A stretch of 64,000 bases of DNA from Heteronotia binoei (taxonomy: Eukaryota): the NCBI RefSeq assembly GCF_032191835.1, contig NC_083228.1, forward strand, positions 31,682,001 through 31,746,000, given 5' to 3'. Every line of letters starts with the position of its first letter. The stretch's first letter is position 1. The position numbers and the translations under genes were made by a program. Below are positions 1 through 12,400 of the stretch, one piece after another. The notes below the pieces were generated by a model, which searched no databases, was not told the DNA's origin, and worked only from the letters and a program-made list of their open reading frames with translations.

Positions 1-234
1 TCAATGTTTTACAAAATTAGGATGAGCACCACAATCTACCACATTGCTCCAAATGTCAGTCTGGCGTCCAACTAAGTTTGCAGAAATAATATTGAGATAA
101 AATTATGGTTAGTGTCTATTTTCAGAATCTCTGCTACGGTATCACCACCTATATGTTCTGCCAGTTTTTGAAGAATTGGGAGTCCCTTCCTCCACATTAG
201 AAATGTCAGAACAGAAAGAGCACATCAGCTTTAC

Positions 235-439
235 CTTTGGCTGGCTTATACTTAAGATTAAATGGCTGGTTTTGCCATATATAGGAAACCAGGAGGGGTG
301 CAAAGTGTGCTAATATCTTCTCAATATATGACTGAAGAATTTCCTGTTGATACTCAGATGCTTCTTGTTTGGGTGTCAGCAGAAATAGCTGGTACTGCAC
401 TGCATCTTCCACAGCTGCAAGGCGTAACTCCTTCTCCAT
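235..439 (-). CDS. ECD: Ecdysoneless homolog, first coding exon (205 nt); the gene continues off the left edge
   Basis: Translates [68 protein letters not shown], matching the recalled human ECD N-terminus (…[34 protein letters not shown]). Acceptor TGCAG|A-ATG at 441/440; donor AAG|GTAAA at 235/234. Confidence 0.95.
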
Positions 440-1479
440 TCTGCATTTGACTAAGCACCCTTTAAAGAGAAATACCACAATTCTTTACACAAAGGTATAG
501 ACGATAACACCTCCAACACCAAATACTAATCTACGCTGTCAAATTTAGAAATTCTTCTCCAGAGCATTCTTCATCCTATTTTTGTTCATGGTGTCAAAAA
601 CAGATCTAAAAAGGAACTTCCTAATGACCTCTTCACTATGAAACTGATTACTCTGCCTTGAAATATGAGAAGACAAGTGTCATAGATAACATTTAACTTT
701 AAATTTGGAGTGTGACCATGGTTCAGTGATACAGCATGATATTTTGAGAGGGGGCAGTGCTACTCCATAATGGCTGCAAATCTCCAGTTAAATGGATCAG
801 TAAGTGGTATGGAAGGTCTCTGATGGAGATCCAAGAGAGCTGCTGCCAGTCAGAGTACACATTAGTGACCCTGATAAACCTGTGACCTCATTGGTCTAAG
901 GCAGCTGCATTCATTTAAATTAAAATGCTTAAATCCCAACTTTACACATAAACAAGGACTGGACTCTTATTTGGAATCTCTGTCCACACAGAAAACCACC
1001 CCCCAAACTTTCATCACCAAATATTTGCAGACCAGTTATTTATACAAAGGCCATATGAATAGTTGTTTTAATGAATACCTCAACATGACATAGCTCTGCT
1101 TCTATTCACTTGCAGTTAAGTCATAAGTCAAAGGTGAGATAGCTGAATGTATTTCCTGGCTAGGATTATATCCAGCAAAGACTTTCATGTTGCTGCAAAG
1201 CATTCCCCTCTTTGGGGAGATTACTTGGGAGGCTCAACCTGCTTAACTTCCATTATCTTATCACTACAGACAAATCCCCCTTCACGTACATATGAAACTC
1301 TTTTTTGGAACACTGCTCCTCTACAATTACAGTTACAGAAATGTGGTTTGCGTATTAAATACGCAAAACTGGCACATGCAAACAAAATACCCACCAGATA
1401 AACAACTGCACACACCAGCAATTCTATGCACAAATGCCTGGGAGTAGTTTCTGCTACATGCAGTAGAGGTTTTTGTTTG

Positions 1480-1678
1480 TTTGTTTTTTGCTGTTAAGTC
1501 ACAGCTGACTTATGGTGCCTCCCACTAGGCTTTTCAAGGCAAGAGATGTTTGTCTTTCTCCATGTCACAGCCCTCGTATTCCTTGGCAGTCTTCCAACCA
1601 GATAGTAGCCAGAGTTCACCCTGTTTAGCTTCCGAGATCTCATGAGACTAGGCTATCCTGGGCTATCCAAATCAGGGC
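1480..1678 (-). mobile_element. 5S rRNA-derived SINE with RTE/BovB-like tail
   Basis: 1568-1650 aligns to the reverse complement of 5S rRNA (…GTATTCC…CCCTG(C)TTAGCTTCCGAGATC); tail AAGTCACAGCTGACTTATGG. Confidence 0.75.
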
Positions 1679-1896
1679 CTCTTCTGAATAAACATGCGGG
1701 GGGGGGGGGGGGAGAGGGTTGCTGCATACACAAAGTGTGCATGACTAGAGAGAGTTGGTCTGGGTATTGTTGGCTACTTAGTGAGTGTCAGGGCCCAGTG
1801 GGGTTTTGGACCTTGGTTGTCCCCTCTACAAGAGCAATAAGAAAATTGCTTTCACCCAGAAAACATTCTGAATGCACTATTTGGATACAGGTTATA

Positions 1897-2379
1897 GGTA
1901 ACTATATTGGTCCAAATTAAGATCCAATAAAAAACCCACATCATACTTTTTTCATTAGGACCCTCTAAAAAGCATATATGTGGATAAAGGATATAGGTGA
2001 CTATATTGGTTCAAATTAAGATCCAATCAAAAAACCACATCATACTTTTTTCATTTTTTTTTTTAAAAAGGTAGTCCCTTGTGCAAGCACCAGTCATTTC
2101 CAACTATGGGGTGACGTTACAATCACAACGTTTTCACGGCAGACTTTTTACGGGGTGGTTTGACATTGCCAGTGATCTACACTTTCCCCCCAGCAAGCTG
2201 GGTATTCATCTGACCGACCTCGGAAGGATGGAAGGCTGAGTCAACCTCGAGCCAGCTACCTGAACCCAGCTTCCACCAGGATCAAACTCAGGTCGTGAGC
2301 AGAGCTTAGGACTGCAGTACTGCAGCTTTACCACTCTGCACCACAGGGCTCTTTAGGACCCTCTAAAAAGCATATATGT
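1897..2379 (+). repeat. ~100-bp tandem duplication, second copy interrupted by a Sauria SINE
   Basis: GGT(A/G)ACTATATTGGT…CATCATACTTTTTTCATT at 1897-1956 and 1997-2055; AGGACCCTCTAAAAAGCATATATGT at 1957-1981 and 2355-2379. Confidence 0.85.
2065..2354 (-). mobile_element. Sauria SINE
   Basis: Reverse complement of the AGAGCCC…CTGCAGTACTGCAGTCCTAAGCTCTGCTCACGACCTGAG…GGTGCTTGCACA family; five similar copies in the window. Confidence 0.9.
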
Positions 2380-2899
2380 TTTTGACTTCTCCTAATCAGG
2401 CTGGACAGTGACACAAAAATTCTTCTACAGAACTCAAACACCTGCATGTTATTTTTGCTGTTATTTTGACTAATCCTTGCAGGAAAAAAATAATGGCTAT
2501 ACAAGAACAAGAAAGCGATAAACACTGGCTGCTTCAGATAAAATTTCCAGAGGAGCATCCAAACAGCAAATAAATATGCATCTAATAACATCTTCATTAA
2601 GAAATATCAAACTACCTATCTTAACTTGAAAGCTATTTTAGCAAAACCTAGAATACCACCCCCCCTCAATTACAAGCAGTAGTTTAGCAAAATTACTAAA
2701 ATGGTCTCTGCATTTATGCTGACTAGATTTGGAAATGAACATCTCACCATTTATTTCATGGCCTATTTACCCTGCTGTTCATTTCCAGACCTCTTACCTA
2801 AAACAACCACCTAGTCAGGATCTGCACATCGCATGTGATGAAATCCTGGAAAAAATTTTTTTATCCTGGAATAAAACTTGATTAGTTTTGAACGCACCA

Positions 2900-3450
2900 C
2901 CGAAGTCCGATATGCTTCAGCACGGGCGAACCACCTACGGTCTTCGGCTTATGACGGGACAGAAATCTTGCAGCTACCCCAAGACCCCCGCTAATGGATG
3001 CTGAATCCCCTCAGACGTCACCCTCAGCTCCACGGACCGACACCTCCTCCCCCCGCTCCACTCGCAGCTTGAGTCTCACCGCAGCCTCCTCTCCCTCGCC
3101 GCCTCACACCCAGGCGCCGGCGCTCCTGGCTACCTCATCGCCGCGCGCCGCCGTTCGGGCTGCTTCCGCCATAGCGGCGGGGACGAGGGCAAGGCTGAGG
3201 GGGGCGGGGCGTCGCCATGGCGGCCAGCGGCCGAGGCGGCCAGGTGGCGCCGCCGACCAGGCCTGAGATGAAGCGCTGAGGCGGGAGGATGATCTCGCGA
3301 TACACGCGGAAGCCGGTACCCCCCGACGCCCTGGGGAGGTGAGTGACCTTCCTTTCCTTTCCTTTCGGGGTGGGCGCTTTACTCTCTCGGCCTGAGTTAT
3401 GTTCGCCATCTCTCCTTTTTGGCCAGGCCTCCCCCTGCTGGCAAAGCGCC
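2900..3450. promoter_or_regulatory. CpG island / bidirectional promoter shared by ECD (-) and FAM149B1 (+)
   Basis: CpG-rich stretch between the divergent genes. GC box GGGGCGGGGC at 3201-3210; YY1-like ATGGCG motifs on both strands (3167-3172 minus, 3217-3222 plus); candidate ECD non-coding exon-1 donor GCG|GTGAGA at 3080/3079. Confidence 0.85.
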
Positions 3451-6400
3451 CTGCAAGGATGTAAACAACCTCTGTGCCAAGAAGAGCAAAATCCATGCTG
3501 TCGCTTTTGTTAAGAATACCGCCCCCCCCCCAAAAAAAACCCCAAAAACCTGAGGGCTTTTTTGTTATGTAGAACTCTTTGTCCAGGCTTTAAGTCTCTA
3601 TGTGAAGAAAGGATAGGCAGGGGTGGCCAAACTTGCTTAACATAAGAGCCACATAGAATAAATGTCATATGTTTGAGAGCCACAAATAGATGAGGGAGAG
3701 GTGGAAAGAAAGCAACTTTAAATGCATTCTCCAAGCCACCAGCTAGCTTGGCTTGGAGAAGTGATTTAAAGAGACAAATGACTTCTCTAAATCAGCCGAT
3801 GGGGCAATGGGGGGCTTTGAGAGCCACACAAAATGTGGGAAAGAGCCGCAGTTTGGCCACTCCTGCGATAGGGACATATTTCAGGTCATACTCTTGATAT
3901 CTTTGGTTCAGAGAAGTTAGCCATGTTAATTCATGTTGCTGCAAAATTGTAGAATTTGGTAGCACCTATAAGGGACGGTGACTCGGTGGTAGAGCATCTG
4001 CTTGGTAAGCAGAAGGTCCCAGGTTCAGTATAACAAAGCATAGTCAAGTAGCACCTTTAAGACCAACGAAGTGTTATTCAGAATGTGAGTTTTCGTGTGC
4101 TCTAAGCACACTTCATCAGACAGTAGACCAACATGGCTGCCCACCTGGATCTGTCTACATGATTCAATGTAAGGCAACTTCATATGCTCATAAGACTAAT
4201 AAATTTTATTGTACCTTTCGAGAAACACAACGCTCTGATGATGCATCTGACGAAGAGAACTGTGTTTCTTGAAAGCTTATACTACAATAAAAAGTGTTAG
4301 TCTTAAAGGTGCCACTGGATTCTTTGCTATTTTGAGATCTTTGGTTGCTGTTCAGGAGAACTGATTGTCTCCCTACCTCGTTTTAGCATCTAGCCCAATG
4401 AAGAGTTCTGGAGACAGTTTGCACAGTTTTGTGTCATTTTGGTTTGCCTTAATGAAAGGTATTACATGGATTTTGTTTGGAATATTGCTTTGGACCAGTG
4501 TAGCTACTTGCAACTTCAATGTGGAGAGAGTGCAGGAATTTAGTGGGAGAGGTTCCATACGTGTGTATGGATGGAAAGTGAATTCTCTTAACTAGTTTTC
4601 AGAGGTGGGTCAGCCTATGTCTGCTGCCCTGTTTTCAAAGCTAACCATGATGAAATGTTACATCTACGCGTAACAGACATTAATCATTGTTAGCTCAAAT
4701 CACATAGTAAATACAGTGTTCCGTTGCTAAAAATGGATGCAGAGAGGAAAGAGCACAGAAATCTAATGTTCCTGTGCATTCACTTTGGTTTTCAGCTTGC
4801 TGCCTTCTGGATTCTCCTTCACTAAAGGTGCCCATCTGGTATTGATGAGGGCCCTTGCTTTTTGAGGTTGCTCCTAATTTTATGAAACAGACTCCTCCAG
4901 GTGATGAGAGGGGCACTGTCCATGGAAATCTTGCCTTGATCCATAGGGAAAGGCAGGATATAACTGTTTTAATAAATAAATAATCTGGTTTCTTACCAGC
5001 ACGATATCCCATCTCTGAAGAAACTGTCTTGTTGAAATGTTATTCCCACCACTGTTAAAATCCGTTCTTTGATGACAAATTTCTAGTTGTAGCTCTCATA
5101 ACGGACAACAAAAACACAATGTTGGTAGAGAAGCTCAGTTTTATGTTTCAATAAACACATCTAGTATTTTGGTTTTCCTGTTAGCCGAGGACTTACAAAG
5201 AATACCTTAGAACATCATCCCCTGCCAGACTCACTCGAAGACAGTAATCCATCCACTGGAAGCCAAGAAGATGTTTTAAGGTATGGTGGTGATGATTATA
5301 TGATGATGATGCTTTGTGCGAAGTTAGTAGGATTTTTTTTTGTTATTCCTTTTTTTTTCAAATTCAAGGTATACTCTGGTAAAAGAGGTACTACTTTATT
5401 TTCCCTTTAGGGTTGGGGTGACTGTTAATGTGTCCACTCAAATGCTGTCAGTTGGCTGTTTGTGGTAAAATGCAGTGTTCCCTCTAAGCTGCAGAGTCTT
5501 GTGAGCAAAAATTCTACTTTGTGAGCTGCTGGCATTAAAGTTGTGAGTTGCTGCATAAATGAGTGTGCTCTGGGGGTCATCCTTCCTGAGCTGGTCAATT
5601 GTCAGTTGTGCCATGAAGCCAGGAATATCCTTGTGCCAAGGTGCTGCTTAGCTAGTATCATCAGATAGTAAAGTCAAAAGAGAGGTTGCTTTGTTTCTTC
5701 ATGCTGCTGAGTCAGGTCATACACACACATTGCATTGAGGAGCAGCCAAATATTAATTGCCCTGTCCTTTAATTCTCTGCATTGAAAACCTTGTGAACTG
5801 GGCTGTCCTCACGTCTCCGGGATAAAAATCAAGATTGCTCAATACTTACATACTTGCATAATATTGGTTAGTTATAAATGACTGATTGCAATGTCTTAGA
5901 ATGTAATGTAATCCTTTCAAAGCAGTTAAACTTTATTTCATTAATTACCACAAATTTCATTCAGATATTTTACTGTTGCAGGAATTAGCTTTGGAAGTCT
6001 TTGGGCTTGCATGGCCCTGTTCCATCCCTCCTTTCCTGGCTTGCAGTTCAAAGGTGGAAAACCTCCTGGTTTACAACAAACTGGATGAAACAACAAGCCG
6101 TGGTTTGTTGACCGTGAAACAAGATTTCAAATCACTGTTTAATGCTGGTTTGTAAGCGAAGGAACACATCACAGCTTGTCCTTTCATCCATTTCATACAT
6201 CACAACAAAATGTGGATTGTTGGTAATTTGAAAGTTATCAGTCTGTGAGTCATGCACTAGAGGGTGGGGAGTCCAGCGGGTCTGAAGGCTCAGTCGCATA
6301 AAGACAAATCATAGTCAATTATTAGATCTCATTCAAGTCATCAGCTTCTTTCTTCACTATAATAAATTAATGCTTTATACTTATTATCAGTATTAGACAT

Positions 6401-9400
6401 CCTTTGTTTGCAGTTCCCATTTGAGAACTGAAAAGTCAGACGAGATTAAAAACATTATAGGACTTTGTGTGTGTGCATATTTTATGTGATTTTTTCTTAA
6501 ATCAGTCCTTTTTTTCGTTCTTTGAATGTTAATTCACAGGAAAAGTTTCACTCACCATCATACACATGACTTGATACTATTCTGATTTTTTTAATTTCTG
6601 TTTCCCCAAATGTGCATTTTAGTGATTCTGAAAGTGCAAAAGAATTAAATTACCAACCAGTCACTTCTGTGGACAATGGAAACTTGTGGTCACCTAGTCA
6701 GAGCTTTACAGGCAATTCCACAGAAGACAGTTCGGTCTTCTCTTGGGGCTATGATGTAAGTAGACTGAATTCCCACAGTTTCAGCTGAGTTGTGGTGCTT
6801 CAGCATACACTTTTTTCATTTTCACTATTGGATTTGAATTAGTTCATTTTTTTAAAGAAAATCTTTCTCTGCAAAGAAACTTAGCAAGGCAAAAGTTTGC
6901 CAAATAGCTGATGTTGGTAATTGGAAGTTTAATTTTCCTTTTACTTCATATGAAAAAAGTGTTCTGCGTACCCTGAAGAACAGTAAAGCAATCTCATTAA
7001 CCTGTATACCTTTTCTTAATTATGTAGTCAGTCAGTTTCCCCTTTTTATTCTGTCTCCCACCCAATGTCCCCTGTTCCCCAGGAATTTGATAAAGCTGCT
7101 ACACGGCAAGTTCAGCAGATATTCAGACACATTGATGAGCTTTTGTATGAACAGAAACCAAGTGTCTATGTTGAAGGCCTAGAGGAAGAGTGCCAACAAT
7201 GGACATCAAGCTTTCCCCATCTCAGGTATTGTGCTGGATGTTATCTAATACTAGAAATTTGTCAATACAAAGAAGGATGTAATTTTAAAATTCTACAGAA
7301 CTGATGTCTCATGCATAAGTATAGTATCAGTAGTGCACAGCACTTTACACCACAAAGCTTACGGGGTGCGCTACTGATTATGGCTGGCCCCAGGCTCCAT
7401 ATTTTCCCCCCACTTTTGCGTGATTTTGTGTGATTTTTCTCCATATTTCCCCCCCACCTGGCTGTGATTTCCCAGGTCAGATTGGTAAGCAAAAGGCATG
7501 TGTTACTCTGTGTTTGTTTTCACATTCTGCATCCAAATCCTGTCTCATACCTCAAAGCTGTTACTCATTGGTAGTACGCAAGGTGGTAGGTACAGACATT
7601 GGCACAGCATCCTAAAGAACCACATCTCCTTCTATTGAGCCAACAATTTAACAGAAAGCTTTGTGCTGCACCACTAATGTATGCAATCATCAGTCACTCA
7701 TGGTTTTATTCTACGATCCATTTTGAACATGTTTCTCTCTTTCCTTCTGAGCCATGGAGCACCATCTCTGCCTGGATGCTAAACAGTTCAATACTAAGAA
7801 GGGGTTCCTTTGGAACATAAAAAGTGCTTTATCAGTATGGCGTTGCACATCAACATTTTATATTCCCCAGACTGCGGGCACCTTTGGAATTCTGATATAG
7901 GGTTGCGGATGCAACTACAAAATGGCTGCTACAAGAGGCAGAGCCAGATACCAAATGTCAGGAAGTGATATTAGGCATAACTCTAATAGAAATATAAGAG
8001 CCCCGTGGCGCAGAGTGTTAAAGCTGCAGTACTGCAGTCCTAAGCTCTGCTCACGACCTGAGTTCGATCCCCGGTGGAAGTTGGGTTTTCAGGTAGCCAG
8101 CTTGAGGCTGACTCAGGCTTCCATCCTTCCGAGGTTGGTAAAATGAGTACCCAGTTTGCTGGGGGGAAAGTGTAAATAACTGGGGAAGGCAATGGCAAAT
8201 CACCCCATAAAAAGTCTGCTGTGAAAACGTTGTGAAAGCAACATCACCCCAGAATTGGAAACAACTGGNNNNNNNNNNNNNNNNNNNNNNNNNNNNNNNN
8301 NNNNNNNNNNNNNNNNNNNNNNNNNNNNNNNNNNNNNNNNNNNNNNNNNNNNNNNNNNNNNNNNNNNNNNNNNNNNNNNNNNNNNNNNNNNNNNNNNNNN
8401 NNNNNNNNNNNNNNNNNNNNNNNNNNNNNNNNNAGGCAAAAGTTCTGCTTAACAGGATGCATTTTTAAATGAACTTGTTTTAAAATATTTTCTTGCATGC
8501 ACACAGCTTATCTTCAGTCATGCTGTGAAAAAGCCTTATGTGGTGGTGGCAGATGCTGCCAAAACAAGATTTTTTTAAAAACCTGTATAGCCAATCAGAT
8601 TGCCACTGGCCAATCAGACACTTTGCTGGGCAAAAGTCTTTCTTTTTTTGGTAATCTTTTGTAGTTGCATGTGTGTGCATACCTGGAAGTCATGGCGACT
8701 TCTGGTAACCCCTACTGGGGCATGGAGAAAGTTCAGAGAAGTGACTTGATACAGCCTTCCTCTGCCTCCTGCTTCTGGCATTCCAAGGAGATCTCCCTTC
8801 CAGGTACTTGCCAGGAGCGGCCCTGCTTAGCTTCCAAGATCCGACAAGATCAGGCTTGCCTGGGCCGTCCAGCTCAGGGCACTGGGCAAAAGTCTAATCT
8901 GGCCGTGCTGACTATGTAAAAATACTCGTTTGGCGCTAGGAAAGGTATCAGAGGATACCATGTCGGGAACCCTGTTTTTAGAAGATGTGAGATATTTAGG
9001 ATTCAAGCAGTGCAATCTTGTGTAGATTTATTCCTGTCTGTTGATTTTCATGGATTTAAGACTAAACTAACTGCATAGGATGGTACTGTGTATTGTTCAG
9101 AACTGGGTCACTGTCCACCATAAAGTGCTCCTCAGAGGCAGTTGACAGATGTTCACAGATAAAAATTGGTTTTTTGGACAGTAGCCTCAGTATGCCTGCT
9201 GGGTGCCTTGTATCTGTTTTCTTATTTTGTTAAGGATACTTTGGTGTATTTACATTTCCTTTTGTAATTTTCTCTTTAATGTTACAGGATTGTGGGAAAA
9301 CAAATGGTGAGCCCCACAGATGAAGGTTATGGCTGGTATTCTAGTTCAGCTTGCAACACCTCAGGTTCTTCAGACACGAGCTCAGTGCAAGAGAAAGATC

Positions 9401-12400
9401 CTAGTGAGTAAGTATCAGAGTTCATGCAAGCCACTTATGAGCAAACCCTTTAGTAACATAACCTTTTTCTGGCTGTTTTTGTGGTAGAAATTATTAGTTT
9501 TTATAATAATTCCATCTATGAAACGTATTAGACCTCCTGTACAAACCATATTTTTGCAGATGACTACAGCATGGTTAATGTATTACTGGCAGCATTAACT
9601 CCCTTCAGGTATTAGCTTGGATCCCATGGAAAACGTTTGCCAACAGTAGGGGGCCAGTTTTTGCCGGTTGCCCCCTCCAGGCTTTCAGCTCCCCTCTTAC
9701 CCTGTGTCTGAAGGTTCCCTGTCCTGCAGGAGCAGTGTTTTGGGTATCACTTTGGCAGAAGGACCAGCATTTCCTTCCAGCTGGAGCCTCTTGTGTCTAG
9801 TGGCATAAGCTTCCAGAGGGTAACTTGAGGGAAGGGGGTTGGAGACTGACATGTGAAAGGTAGTATCTCACACACAGAGATTCTGCCTGTGTTCCCATGG
9901 CAGCCCTTACCCATCCACTGAGATGACCCTGTGCTAAAGGACAGTGATCTTTAAGGCCCTTGTATACAAAACTTACTGGGGGATGGGGCAGCAATGAGGA
10001 GGAAGAATAAGAAATATTCTTTCTTTAGGCTTGCGTGCATTGCATATACAGGCTTATATGTCATCCTTTAAAAGTCACCTCTGGTTCTAAGATGTAGGTC
10101 GTCATGTAGCTGATATCAAAACCGTACAGTTAGTGTCTACAAAGAATATGAAGTCCTGCTTGCTTGTGGCCTCCTGAAAACAGTTTACCTTTTGTTGTTG
10201 TTGTTTAGGTTTAGTATTTTGGGCAAAAAGGTTTCCCTCTCTGTAACTCCTGTTTCTAAAGAAGGTAACGTTTCAGAATTTCCTCAGTTGTTTGTGTTGG
10301 AAAGTGAAGAAGGAGAAGATGGAGTGATTGTTTCAGAAGGCATAATGGAGGAATATTTAGCGTTTGACTGCAGAGATGTGTAGGTATTGAATATTTGATC
10401 AGTCTTACTGTGATATGTAATGCAAGTGACTGAGAATGTTTGTCACTAAATTGATATTGATTTGTTCCTAATTTTACAAAATAATGTATTTCATAGTGAA
10501 TTATTAGTTTAACATTTGTTATAAACAAGATGAATATATATATTTTAAATTGGGGCTGCAATATCTTATAATCCATTGGTTAGATTAAATAGAGTCTTTT
10601 GATGGACTAAAAAGCATTCCCAATTAATTGAGCAATATGTGCTTTTTAAAATTGTAATTATTTCTGATGGAGGTACTTCTGAAAACTGCACATTCTGGCT
10701 GCTCTGACTTTTACCAAGTATCCTCTAAAAAAACAAATGGGAGTGTTCTGTTGTTTTCTTTATTTGTATACAAATGCACGCAGTTTTTGTTGAGCAGCAA
10801 TGCAGTCCTGTGCCGTTACACCAGACTGCAATAACTCTGTGTGGGATTGCAGTGTAAAATTCATAAGATGAATTGATTAAGATTTCTAGAATTGGGCATG
10901 AATTGTTTTTTTCATACAGAAATTTCATACATTCCAGACAAAGCACACTTCTACTCCATGGGCATTGAACTAATTGGGGGTCATCTGAGTTCATTGTCAG
11001 AATTTTCTAGTCCAATGCTAGTTTGTGAAAAATTATTCAGCAAATTTACTATAGTATATTCTGATTTCTGCTACTTGCCTGTCTCCTTCTCAGGGAGGAA
11101 GAGCTGCATGAAAGGAAAATGGGGATTTCACCTGACAGACGAAAATTAGGTTTCCCTCCTATCTCACCCTCATACTGCATGAGGGATGCTGTTCTTTCTT
11201 ATGTATTTGATGATGTATGGAGCGAAGTTTTGGGCTGTATGGAGCAGTTAATCTGTAGACATTGGGAAGGGTCAGTCTCAGGTAAGTGTCACAGCTGAAA
11301 TGTAATCTGAATAACAGTTCTCCTCTTCCTAAGGCCTTTCTCAGAAATATATTTTTAGCACTTAGTAGTGGTAAACTCTCTTTCTCCAAAAGAGAGTTGT
11401 TGCCTCAGGTTGGGCTCTTAGTACCCAGGTTAGCAGCAGCTCCTCACAAAATAGGGCAATTAAATTGTTCGGATCAGTGGTCGTCTTTGAGAAACGCATT
11501 CTCAGCTATGTTCCATTCTCCCATAGGGCTGGATCCTGTAGAAAAGGGTCTTCCTTCAGAACCCCACAGCAGTTCAAGGGGCATCTTAGGCTACTTCGGA
11601 AGGGGGAGGTGGGGAAGTGTGCTTCCATGCATGGAATTTAGACAGGATCCAACCCTGCACTGTGTTTCAGGAAATTGAGATGTGTCCAGTAGACCAAAAT
11701 GCTCATCAGAATCTTCTGTTAGCGCTGCTTTTATTTTTTAGAAGCTGTTTTCTGACCTGTTAGCATCCATCAAATTGAATCTGCTATTGTTCTGTGACAA
11801 AAATCTAAGGAACAAAGCCCATTTTTGATACCATTCTTATCAGACATAAAAATTACATTTCTTGACGTACTTCTTTTAAGAATTACTAACAGAGTGATGT
11901 TTATTCTTCTGGTCTTGGTAGATGATGAGAAGAATATAATAACTGTAGAATCGGGCAAGACAGATTCGGGAAGCCCTTTTATGCAGTTTGAACCACTGCC
12001 GTTGTTGTTACCTCGAATGCCACAAACCAAGATGCCCTCCATCACCTCCAATGTGGTAAGCCTTAGAAGCAAAGCGATCTGTGTCAGGCTGAGTTGATGT
12101 CCAGACATAGAAGTGCCTGAAGTCTTCTTTGCCTGAACATTAAAAGTTGCCATGGCTTGACTATGACTGTCCTTTCTAAAATTTATTTCTGTCATACTCT
12201 GTCACAGTGTTTAAAATTTCTGCCTTTTGTTGGTTTGCAAACATTCCCCTTTATTCAACTTAAGGTAATCACATTATAAAGACTTGAAACAGAAGTACTC
12301 TGTGAGACACTGATTAATATTTACAGAAGATATCACCCAGCTTAGTACACAACAGAGAGAAATGTGGCTTTGGTGATTTGGAGTACAAACACACACACAC

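Noticed and set aside
1568-1678. 5S rRNA gene
   Set aside because: Diverged, solitary and joined to a retroposon tail, so it is a SINE.
2994-3496. 90-aa and 130-aa ORFs over the ECD/FAM149B1 promoter
   Set aside because: Low-complexity translations of a CpG island. Only the short ATG-initiated uORFs were kept as findings.
3971-4027. tRNA gene-like sequence (also 21795-21868)
   Set aside because: It lacks a proper acceptor stem and is attached to a CR1-like tail in the full copy, so it is a SINE head and not a tRNA gene.
11286-12195. 130-aa and 141-aa ORFs near FAM149B1 exons 7-8
   Set aside because: One is intronic and the other antisense to exon 8. No homology and no splice support.
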